Shown one piece after another: positions 28,241-36,373 of a DNA stretch of 64,000 nucleotides; within the stretch, counting starts at the first letter, position 1, and each line of letters starts with the position of its first letter. The position numbers and the translations under genes were made by a program. The stretch comes from Bacteroidaceae bacterium. Lineage in GTDB: Bacteria > Bacteroidota > Bacteroidia > Bacteroidales > Bacteroidaceae. The notes below the pieces were generated by a model. That model was not told the origin of the DNA. It saw only the letters and a list, made by a program, of their open reading frames with translations, and ran no database searches. The DNA lies in NCBI GenBank assembly GCA_024684455.1, contig JAIKWU010000076.1, positions 89,645 through 153,644 on the forward strand, given 5' to 3'.

Positions 28241-28304
28241 TATAATAAAAAAGACGGAAGTGACTACTCCCCTCCCTCACAGGGAGGGGCTGGGGGGAGG
28301 GTCT
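28174..28304. repeat. Family-1 repeat, inverted doublet D, straddling the purL stop and the chrA start
   Basis: gacccaccccctccccctccctgtgagggaggggcgtgattac - 43 nt - gtgactactcccctccctcacagggaggggctggggggagggtct. Confidence 0.92.
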
Positions 28305-31300
28305 GTTTTTCAATCCATTTACGTGCATTGACGAAGGCTTCCATCCACGGTGTCACCTCATCGCTTTGACGACGCTCACGTGGATAGTCTGCCATCTGCC
28401 AGGGGAAGATGGCACGCTCCAAGTGCGGCATCATGGCCAGATGACGACCATCAGCACTGCAAAGCCCAGCGATGTCGAAGTCAGAACCGTTCGGATTGCC
28501 AGGATAGCCGTGGTAGGCATAACGGGCCACGACGCTGTAGTTCTCAACCGACTCAGAGAGGGCAAAGCGACCTTCGCCGTGTGCCACCCAGATACCGAGT
28601 TTGCTACCCGAAAGTGAAGCGAGCAGGACGCTTTCATTTTGTGGAATCTCTACGGTCAGGAAGCCGCTTTCAAATTTGTGCGAGACATTGTGTTCCATCT
28701 TGAAGGATGCACCCTGAACCAGCCCAAGTTCTGCCATAAGCTGACAGCCGTTGCAGATGCCGAGTGAGAGTGTATCAGGACGTGCATAGAATGCATCGAG
28801 CGCGGCTTTGGCCTTCGGGTTGAACAAGAACGCACCTGCCCAACCCTTCGCACTGCCGAGTACGTCGCTGTTGCTGAAGCCGCCGCAAAACACGATGAAC
28901 TGCACATCTTCCAACGTCTCGCGACCTGTCACAAGGTCGGTCATCATAACATCCTTCACATCGAAACCTGCGAGCCACAGCGAATAGGCCATCTCACGTT
29001 CGCCGTTCGTTCCTTTCTCACGGATGATGGCGGCATGAGGACGCGGTGCCTTCTCCTTCTTCCAAGCGTCTGCATCGAGGCCATACTGTGCCAGTTTACC
29101 CGTAAAAGTCTTCGGGAAACGCTGCACGACAGGCTGTTGTCCATAGTTTTTGTATCGTTCGTGAGCCATGCCATTGCGGCTTTGCTTTTGGTCCAGCAGG
29201 TGAGATGTCGAGTACCAGATGTCGCGCAGGCGGTCGATGTCGTAGGTCAGCGCCTTCGGACGCTTTCGGATGATGAGTTTGCGCTCGGCAATGGGGTGTC
29301 CGATGGGGATGAATCCGATGCCTTCGGTGTCGAGGATGTTCTGCACGAGGTGTGCATCCTTCTTGCGCACCTGAATCACTACGCCTGGATTCTCGGCAAA
29401 GAGCACCTTCACGAGGTCTGGCTCCGTGATGGCATCGGTGAGATTGACGTTGATGCCGCCTTGTGTGTTGGCGAATGTCATCTCCAGCAGTGTGGTGATG
29501 AGGCCGCCTGCGCTGATGTCGTGACCTGCAAGCAGCAGACCTTCGCGAACAAGGCACTGCACGGCCTCAAACGCATCGGCAAAGTATTCCGCATCGCGCA
29601 CCGTCGGTACGTCGCTGCCGACTTTTCCGAGACTCTGTGCAAAAGCACTGCCGCCAAGACGGAACTGGTCGTACGAGAAGTCGATGTGGTAGAGCACGGT
29701 GTCAGGGTCGTTCACCAGCACGGGCGAGACGACTTTCTTCACGTCGCTCACTTCGCCGCCGGCGCTGACGATGACTGTTCCAGGGCTGATGACTTTCGAG
29801 CCGTCGGGATACTTCTGTGTCATGGATAGCGAGTCCTTTCCTGTCGGCACGTTGATGCCAAGTTGGCAGCAGAACGTGCTGAGGGCCTCAACGCCTTGGT
29901 ACAGACGTGCATCCTCGCCTTTCTGTGAACGGCAGGGCCACATCCAGTTGGCAGAGAGCGACACGCTGTCCAGTCCTTCTGCCATAGGTGCCCAGATGAG
30001 GTTGGTCAAGGCTTCGGCAACGCTGAGCACACTGCCTTTCGCTGCGTCGGCCAGTCCTGCCTGCGGAGCGTGTCCGATGGCTGTGGCGATGCCTTTTTCG
30101 CCACGATAGTCGAGAGCCACGACGCCACAGTCGGAGAGCGGCAGTTGCAGCGGTCCGACGCATTGCTGGCGGGCCACCTTGCCCGTCACGCTACGGTCCA
30201 CCTTGTTCGTCAGCCAGTCCTTGCAGGCGACGCTCTCGAGCCGCAGCACATTTTCGAGGTAGGTGTCGATGAGGTTGACGTCGTATGTCACGTCGGCGTA
30301 GGTGTGGCTAACCGTTTCATCAACCATGACGGTCTTGGGCGAATGGCCAAACATCTGCGCCACGTCGAGGTCGAAGGGACGCACGCCGTCGCCCTGCTCG
30401 AAGGCAAAGTGCGCATCGCCCGTCGTTTCACCGACGACATAGAGCGGAGCCCGTTCGCGTTCAGCCACCTGACGCACGTGCTCTAGATGTTTTTCCTCGA
30501 TGAGCAGTCCCATGCGCTCCTGACTCTCGTTTGCAATGATTTCCTTGCTCGAGAGCGTCTTGTCGCCGATGGGCAACTTCGTCATATCAATCAGTCCGCC
30601 GCACTCCTCGACCAGTTCCGAAAGGCAGTTCACATGACCTGCCGAACCGTGGTCGTGGATGCTGACGACGGGGTTGTGTTCTTCTTCGCAGAGCGAGCGG
30701 ACGAGGTTGTAGGCGCGCTTCTGCATCTCAGGGTTGGCACGCTGCACGGCATTGAGTTCGATGCCGCTCGAGTAGCGACCTGTGTCGACACTCGACACCG
30801 AACCGCCGCCCAGGCCGATGCGGTAGTTGTCGCCACCGACGACGACAATCTTGTTACCCTTTTCGGGTGTGCCTTTCAGACAGTCGCGCTTCGTGCCGTA
30901 GCCTACGCCGCCGGCCAGCATGATGACCTTGTCGTAGCCGTACTGCACGCCGCCTTCCTCATGCTCGAACGTCAGGACAGAGCCTGTGATGAGCGGTTGT
31001 CCGAACTTGTTTCCGAAGTCGCTCGCGCCGTTTGACGCCTTGATGAGGATTTGCTCGGGGCTTTGGTACAGATACTTTTCCTTGCCTTGATAACTTGTCA
31101 TATAGACAGCTGTGCCGGCGATGGGCCACGACCCGACGCCGCCGCCCATGCGGTCGCGAATTTCACCGCCCGTACCTGTCGAGGCTCCATTGAACGGCTC
31201 CACCGTAGTCGGGAAGTTGTGCGTCTCTGCTTTTAACGAAATGACGCTCTCGATAGGCTTAACCTCGAACCAGTCTGCTGTGCTGTGGTCGGCAGGGGCA

Positions 31301-31962
31301 AACTGCTCCACGACAGGACCTTGTGCAAAGGCGACATTGTCCTTGTATGCCGATAGGATTTTATTGGGATTCTGCTGTGTCGTTTTCTTAATCAGAGAGA
31401 AGAGCGACGAAGGCATCTCCTCCCCGTCAATGATGAACGTTCCTCCGAAAATCTTGTGGCGGCAGTGTTCACTGTTGATTTGAGCAAAGCCAAACACCTC
31501 GCTGTCCGTCAGTTTCCGACCCAGTTGCTGCTCCACCTTGTGCAGGTACTCAATTTCCTCTGCACTCAATGCCAGCCCTTCCTGCTCGTTGTATGCCTCC
31601 AGATTGTCGATGTGCTGAATCGGTGCAGGTTCGATGTTGATGTCGAAGATGTGCTGGTTCAGCCCTTCGTAGCGACGCTGCAGCATCGGGTCGAAGAACG
31701 TTTCGTCGTTGGCTGGGAAATACTCCTCAATACGGTCGATGTCGGTCAGCGCCATGTTCTGTGTGATTTCCACAGCGTTGGTGCTCCACGGAGTCACCAT
31801 TTCGCGGCGCGGACCCACGAACGTCCCTGGCAGTTCCGGCTCCTTCAGCAAAGAGGCTCCGCCGAAGAGCCACTCGAGTTTCTCTTGTTCGTCTGCCGTC
31901 GGGGTGTGCCCCATACTCACGGCAATCACAGTCTTGTTTTGTGTCTGGAAGAAATAAACCAT
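28264..31962 (-). CDS. purL: Phosphoribosylformylglycinamidine synthase (single-chain large PurL)
   Basis: 1232 aa with AIRS domains and a C-terminal glutaminase (GICNGCQ). The last 12 aa, TLPPAPPCEGGE, and the TAG stop are encoded by a family-1 unit. Confidence 0.95.
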   Translation of the reverse strand: MVYFFQTQNKTVIAVSMGHTPTADEQEKLEWLFGGASLLKEPELPGTFVGPRREMVTPWSTNAVEITQNMALTDIDRIEEYFPANDETFFDPMLQRRYEGLNQHIFDINIEPAPIQHIDNLEAYNEQEGLALSAEEIEYLHKVEQQLGRKLTDSEVFGFAQINSEHCRHKIFGGTFIIDGEEMPSSLFSLIKKTTQQNPNKILSAYKDNVAFAQGPVVEQFAPADHSTADWFEVKPIESVISLKAETHNFPTTVEPFNGASTGTGGEIRDRMGGGVGSWPIAGTAVYMTSYQGKEKYLYQSPEQILIKASNGASDFGNKFGQPLITGSVLTFEHEEGGVQYGYDKVIMLAGGVGYGTKRDCLKGTPEKGNKIVVVGGDNYRIGLGGGSVSSVDTGRYSSGIELNAVQRANPEMQKRAYNLVRSLCEEEHNPVVSIHDHGSAGHVNCLSELVEECGGLIDMTKLPIGDKTLSSKEIIANESQERMGLLIEEKHLEHVRQVAERERAPLYVVGETTGDAHFAFEQGDGVRPFDLDVAQMFGHSPKTVMVDETVSHTYADVTYDVNLIDTYLENVLRLESVACKDWLTNKVDRSVTGKVARQQCVGPLQLPLSDCGVVALDYRGEKGIATAIGHAPQAGLADAAKGSVLSVAEALTNLIWAPMAEGLDSVSLSANWMWPCRSQKGEDARLYQGVEALSTFCCQLGINVPTGKDSLSMTQKYPDGSKVISPGTVIVSAGGEVSDVKKVVSPVLVNDPDTVLYHIDFSYDQFRLGGSAFAQSLGKVGSDVPTVRDAEYFADAFEAVQCLVREGLLLAGHDISAGGLITTLLEMTFANTQGGINVNLTDAITEPDLVKVLFAENPGVVIQVRKKDAHLVQNILDTEGIGFIPIGHPIAERKLIIRKRPKALTYDIDRLRDIWYSTSHLLDQKQSRNGMAHERYKNYGQQPVVQRFPKTFTGKLAQYGLDADAWKKEKAPRPHAAIIREKGTNGEREMAYSLWLAGFDVKDVMMTDLVTGRETLEDVQFIVFCGGFSNSDVLGSAKGWAGAFLFNPKAKAALDAFYARPDTLSLGICNGCQLMAELGLVQGASFKMEHNVSHKFESGFLTVEIPQNESVLLASLSGSKLGIWVAHGEGRFALSESVENYSVVARYAYHGYPGNPNGSDFDIAGLCSADGRHLAMMPHLERAIFPWQMADYPRERRQSDEVTPWMEAFVNARKWIEKQTLPPAPPCEGGE

Positions 31963-31987
31963 CTTTCTACTGTTGTATAATACTGTT

Positions 31988-32067
31988 TCTAAGTACTTGG
32001 AAAAAACACGCTAAGTGCTTAGCGTTCTCACTCCAAGTGCTTAGCGTTGTAACGCCAAGCACTTGGA
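31988..32067 (+). repeat. Family-3 modular palindrome element, 4 modules phased at 22 bp
   Basis: tctaagtacttgga (31988), gctaagtgcttagc (32010), tccaagtgcttagc (32032), gccaagcacttgga (32054). By eye about 80-85% identical to the 17722 copy. Confidence 0.9.
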
Positions 32068-32073
32068 GCGGTT

Positions 32074-32742
32074 CTACATCTGCCCACTTTCGATGAGCAA
32101 TATGGCTCTTTCAGTCAGCCGGTCATCGACTTCGGGGTCGTACTCCTTCTTCAGGCTGGCTCCGAAGAGCGAGGCGAAGGCGTTGTAGAATCCGGCCTTG
32201 AATCCGCCCATATACGTCTTGATGAGTTCGTAGGAGGTGCGGTTGGTCTGGCGGTCAATGAGTTTGATGAGCAGTTTGCCCTGTCCGAAGGTCAGTTTCT
32301 TCAGGCGCGGCGTCCACTTCTTCTTCATCTCCTTTTCCATCTGTTTGAGGAAGGCATCCTTCTCTTGTTTGGTCTCGAGCGAGTCCATGTGCGCAATCTG
32401 TGCCTCGATTTCGTGCTGGATTTCGACGGCAATCGGATAGACCTTCTTGATGTTGTTCGCTATCTTGTAGTACTTCTTCATCTCCCGCTCGTTCTTGAAC
32501 ACCAGCGGCGGAAAGACATATACCTCGGACAGCACAATCAGCGGTATCATTTCGCCGTCGGTGTCCTCGACCATGCCGGCGAAGCCCATGGCGTGCGAGA
32601 AGACAGGGGATCCCGTGTAGTGCTCAGCCATGCCTGGCTGCTCAACGATCTGTGCGAGCAGACTCACCCCCTTGCCCCTCTCTGCGAGGGAGGGGAGTAG
32701 AAAGAGTAGGAATATGATAATTGTCAGTCTTCGCATCAGCAA
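32074..32742 (-). CDS. DUF4294-like secreted protein
   Basis: Signal-like N-terminus. ...LTFGQGKLLIKLIDRQTNRTSYELIK... region. A solo family-1 unit sits in the N-terminal region. Confidence 0.6.
   Translation of the reverse strand: MLMRRLTIIIFLLFLLPSLAERGKGVSLLAQIVEQPGMAEHYTGSPVFSHAMGFAGMVEDTDGEMIPLIVLSEVYVFPPLVFKNEREMKKYYKIANNIKKVYPIAVEIQHEIEAQIAHMDSLETKQEKDAFLKQMEKEMKKKWTPRLKKLTFGQGKLLIKLIDRQTNRTSYELIKTYMGGFKAGFYNAFASLFGASLKKEYDPEVDDRLTERAILLIESGQM
32660..32700. repeat. Family-1 repeat, solo unit E, inside the signal-peptide region of the DUF4294-like CDS
   Basis: agactcacccccttgcccctctctgcgagggaggggagtag. Translated on the minus strand as LLPSLAERGKGVS. Confidence 0.8.
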
Positions 32743-32777
32743 TGGTTATGGGTGTCATTTCCCCTTATTCAGGAGGA

Positions 32778-33776
32778 TTAGAGTGGGGTTGCTGTATAGA
32801 TTAACTCGGCCATCGTGCGCCCCACGGCTGTGAGGATATGGCGGTCGATGTGGCGCATGTTGTCCTCGGTGGTGTGCCATGTCTGTGCAAAGCCGCCGCC
32901 GGTCTGGTCGCTGCCGATGACATCGACGCAGGGAATGCCGGAACGATTGACGGGCAGATGGTCGTCGGTGACGTAGCCGCCTTCATCATAACTGAAGTAC
33001 TGGCCACAGCCCAGTTTGTGAGCCATCGACCAGATGCGGTCGGTGAGTTGCGGTGCATAGCGCAGGGAGAAGAGTTCGCGACGGAAATGTGTGTTGCTTC
33101 CGCCCACCATGTCGAGCAGGATGGCGCAGTTGGCCGTGTAGCCCTCCACGTGATGGTGCTCAGCCCAGTATTGTGAACCGAGACACCAAGTGTGCTCGTG
33201 CGAACCTTCGTCTTCCACCCATTCGGGCGTACCACAGTCTTCGGCGTCGAAGCAAATCAGGTCAACACCAATCTGTGGCGGGGTTTGCTGCATGAGGCGT
33301 GCCAGTTCGAGCAGCACAGCCACGCCGCTGGCACCGTCGTTGGCACCGTCGATGGGTGTATGGTGTCGCGCTTCGTCGGGGTCATGGTCGGCCCAAGGTC
33401 GTGAATCCCAATGGGCACAGATGATGAGTCGGTCGGTGGCATCAGGATTGTATGCAGCAATGATGTTCATGCCGTTGACCTTCTTCCCGTCGTACAGGGT
33501 GAACGTAGCACGTTGCTCGGTCACGCTGGCTCCCATGCGGATGAATTCCGCCGACAGCCACGTGCCGCATTGCTCATGTGCTTCCGACCCTGTCACACGC
33601 GGACCGAAAGCGCATTGGCGTTCGACAAAGGCATAGGCACTGTCGGATTGAAACGTTGGTGCCACGGGGGTGTATTCCTCGGTAGGCTGCTTCGGGGTGT
33701 TGCTGCCTGTACAGGCCGTCAGCAGTGTGACGACGGTGCAAAGCACCCACGTTGTGTATTTCTTTGTTTTATTCAT
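32778..33776 (-). CDS. Glutaminyl-peptide cyclotransferase-like M28-family lipoprotein
   Basis: Start trimmed to MNKTKKYTTWVLCTVVTLLTAC (lipobox). Contains CAHWDSRPWADHDPD and DGANDGASGVAVLLELAR. 8-bp overlap with the upstream gene. Confidence 0.8.
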   Translation of the reverse strand: MNKTKKYTTWVLCTVVTLLTACTGSNTPKQPTEEYTPVAPTFQSDSAYAFVERQCAFGPRVTGSEAHEQCGTWLSAEFIRMGASVTEQRATFTLYDGKKVNGMNIIAAYNPDATDRLIICAHWDSRPWADHDPDEARHHTPIDGANDGASGVAVLLELARLMQQTPPQIGVDLICFDAEDCGTPEWVEDEGSHEHTWCLGSQYWAEHHHVEGYTANCAILLDMVGGSNTHFRRELFSLRYAPQLTDRIWSMAHKLGCGQYFSYDEGGYVTDDHLPVNRSGIPCVDVIGSDQTGGGFAQTWHTTEDNMRHIDRHILTAVGRTMAELIYTATPL

Positions 33777-35469
33777 CGTCTTTCTTGTTATGGTCACGGC
33801 GGAACGGACGACCTTCGCTGTCGAAGCCCCACTTGCGGTCCTTGCGTGGTCCACGTCGGTCGTCTTCGCGCCGACGTCGGTCGTCACGTCGGTTGTCGCG
33901 TCTGTTGTCACGTCGGTCGTCACGTCTGTTGTCACGTCGGTCATCGCGTCTGAAAGGTCGGTCATCGCGTCTGAAAGGTCGGTCTTCACGTCTGAAAGGT
34001 CGGTCTTCGCGGTGTTCGGTCTTCTTCTCCCGATGTTCGAGCGGATTGCGGAAGCCGAGGTATCCGTCTTCAGGTGTATAGTCCTTGTCGCGGTCGCCCC
34101 ACTTGAAGTTGCGACGGTTGAGTTCAAAGTCGTCATCACCCTCGAAAAGCGGCTTGCGTGGCTGTGGCTTGCGGTCAGGGCGTGAGCGGAAGTAATGCTC
34201 GTCGTCGCGGCTGCCTTCGCGTCGCCAACTTTTGCCGTCGAAATCACCTTCTTCGTCGCGGCGATGTGGCTTGAAGCGAGCATTGCGGCGCAGTTCGTCC
34301 TCTGTCTTCAACTCCAGCCCTTCCTCGCGTCGCTCGCTGAGCCGTCCGCTGAACACCTGATACTTGTGGAACTCACAAGGTAGTGACCCGTTGTAGAGCG
34401 CAATCTTTGTGGAGGGACGGAAGCCTATCTTGGCGAAACATTCGTCGTGGGACGAGAGCACCCATGCGTCGTTTCCTGCAAACTGCTGCTTCAGACGGGA
34501 GCCTATGGTGGCGTAGAGGTCGAGAATGTCGTCGGTGGTGATGCGTTCGCCGTAGGGCGGATTGGTGACCATGACGGCGCGACGCTCATTTTCCCATGTG
34601 AAGTCGTAGAAGTCCTGCTGCTGCACCTCGACGATTTTGCTGACTCCTGCCGAACGGACGTTGTCTTGTGCGATGGCGACGGCTTGGCGGTTGATGTCAT
34701 AGCCGTATATCTTGTACATGAACTCGCGCTCCTGACTGTCGTCGTTGTAGATTTTCTCCAATAGTTTCTCGTCGAAGTCTTTCCAACGCTCGAAACCGAA
34801 CTCTTCGCGGAAGACGCCTGGGTAGATGTTCAGGGCGATGAGGGCCGCCTCGATGACGATGGTGCCGCTGCCGCAGAAGGGGTCAACAAAGTCGCAGTCG
34901 CCGTCCCAGCCTGTCATCATGACGATGGCAGCGGCAAGCACTTCGTTGAGCGGAGCCGCTACACTGCCAGTGCGGTAGCCGCGCTTGTGCAGGCTTTCGC
35001 CGCTCGAGTCGAGCGACACCGTCACATGATCCTCGGCGATGTGGACGTTGATGCGTATGTCGGGGTTGGAGATGCTGACGTTGGGGCGTTCGCCGCACTG
35101 TTCGCGGAAGCGGTCGGCAATGGCGTCCTTGACACGATAGGCGACAAACTTCGAGTGGCGGAAGTTCTCGCTGAAGACGACCGAGTCGATGAGCAGGGTC
35201 TGCTTCACGTCCATGTAGTCCTCCCACGGCATGTTTTTGACTTTCTCATACACTTGGTCGGCATCGTCGGCACGAAACTCTGCTATCGGCTTAAGCACAC
35301 GTACGGCGGTACGCAGACAGAAGTTGGCACGATAGAGCATTTCCTGGTCGCCCGTGAAACTGACCATTCGGTTGCCGATTTCGATGTTGTCGGCACCGAG
35401 GGCGGTCACTTCCTTCGCCAGCACTTCCTCCAGACCTTGGAAGGTCTTTGCAATAATTTTGAAATCCAT
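33769..35469 (-). CDS. THUMP-domain class I SAM-dependent RNA methyltransferase (RlmL/UPF0020-like) with a ~190-aa Arg/Asp/Glu-rich C-terminal tail
   Basis: THUMP N-terminus. DPFCGSGTI (motif I) and NPPYGERI (motif IV). The tail contains REDRPFRREDRPFRRDDRPFRRDDRRDNRRDDRRDNRRDNRRDD. Confidence 0.85.
   Translation of the reverse strand: MDFKIIAKTFQGLEEVLAKEVTALGADNIEIGNRMVSFTGDQEMLYRANFCLRTAVRVLKPIAEFRADDADQVYEKVKNMPWEDYMDVKQTLLIDSVVFSENFRHSKFVAYRVKDAIADRFREQCGERPNVSISNPDIRINVHIAEDHVTVSLDSSGESLHKRGYRTGSVAAPLNEVLAAAIVMMTGWDGDCDFVDPFCGSGTIVIEAALIALNIYPGVFREEFGFERWKDFDEKLLEKIYNDDSQEREFMYKIYGYDINRQAVAIAQDNVRSAGVSKIVEVQQQDFYDFTWENERRAVMVTNPPYGERITTDDILDLYATIGSRLKQQFAGNDAWVLSSHDECFAKIGFRPSTKIALYNGSLPCEFHKYQVFSGRLSERREEGLELKTEDELRRNARFKPHRRDEEGDFDGKSWRREGSRDDEHYFRSRPDRKPQPRKPLFEGDDDFELNRRNFKWGDRDKDYTPEDGYLGFRNPLEHREKKTEHREDRPFRREDRPFRRDDRPFRRDDRRDNRRDDRRDNRRDNRRDDRRRREDDRRGPRKDRKWGFDSEGRPFRRDHNKKDDE
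33883..34002 (-). repeat. Coding tandem repeats (3 x 24 bp, then 3 x 21 bp) in the methyltransferase tail
   Basis: 24-mers begin at 33883, 33907 and 33931. 21-mers occupy 33940-33960, 33961-33981 and 33982-34002 (gtcatcgcgtctgaaaggtcg). The last 24-mer and the first 21-mer overlap. Confidence 0.85.
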
Positions 35470-35470
35470 C

Positions 35471-36373
35471 TTATTTCTGTATTTCTTGTGATGCTTTTTG
35501 TTGTACTACACGACATCCTGCAGGCACGTCCTGTGTCACCCAGATGTTACCACCGACGGTGGCACCGCGCCCGATGGTGATGCGGCCGAGGATGGTGGCA
35601 TTGGAATAGACAATGACGTCGTCCTCGAGAATTGGGTGACGCGGGATTCCCTTGATGGGCTTTCCCTCCTCGTCGAGCGGGAAAGAGCGTGCACCGAGGG
35701 TCACGCCCTGATAGAGTTTGACGTGGCGGCCGATGATGCAGGTTTCGCCGATGACGACGCCTGTGCCGTGGTCGATGGTGAACGATTCGCCAATCTGTGC
35801 ACCAGGATGTATGTCGATGCCCGTCTCGGAGTGTGCCATCTCTGTCAGCATACGCGGAATGAGCGGTACGCCGAGTTGTAGCAGTTCGTGTGCCATACGG
35901 TAGTTGGTCAGTGCCTTGATGACAGGGTAGCACGAGATGATTTCGCCATGATTCTTGGCGGCAGGGTCGCCCTCATAGGCGGCGACCACGTCGGTAGTGA
36001 GCAGGCGGCGCAGTTCGGGCAGGGCTGCAACGAACTTCTGAGTGATGTCGTTGGCTTTTTCTTTCAGGGCAGGGCGTTCCAGTTTGCGTTCGTATCCCAA
36101 GGCAATCTTTACCTGTTCGCGCAGCAGTCGTGCCATGCGGTCCACACGCACGCCGATGTAATACTTCAGCGTGTCGCCATAGACAGGCGTTTCGCCATAA
36201 TGGTAAGGAAACATCACATCGCGCATGAGGTCGATGATTTCAGCCAGCGTCTTTTCGCTGGGCATACGGAACACCTGCGTGTCTCGGTCGAAGAGTGTCT
36301 GCAGCGATTCGATGCAGGACAGGCTTTCGACGGAGTCTGTCAGTGTTTTGTGTCTGATGGTGTTATTTTGCAT
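35471..36373 (-). CDS. cysE: Serine O-acetyltransferase
   Basis: Start trimmed to MQNNTIRHK. Left-handed beta-helix hexapeptide repeats ...GTGVVIGETCIIGRHVKLYQGVTLG... 11-bp overlap with the upstream gene. Confidence 0.85.
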   Translation of the reverse strand: MQNNTIRHKTLTDSVESLSCIESLQTLFDRDTQVFRMPSEKTLAEIIDLMRDVMFPYHYGETPVYGDTLKYYIGVRVDRMARLLREQVKIALGYERKLERPALKEKANDITQKFVAALPELRRLLTTDVVAAYEGDPAAKNHGEIISCYPVIKALTNYRMAHELLQLGVPLIPRMLTEMAHSETGIDIHPGAQIGESFTIDHGTGVVIGETCIIGRHVKLYQGVTLGARSFPLDEEGKPIKGIPRHPILEDDVIVYSNATILGRITIGRGATVGGNIWVTQDVPAGCRVVQQKASQEIQK

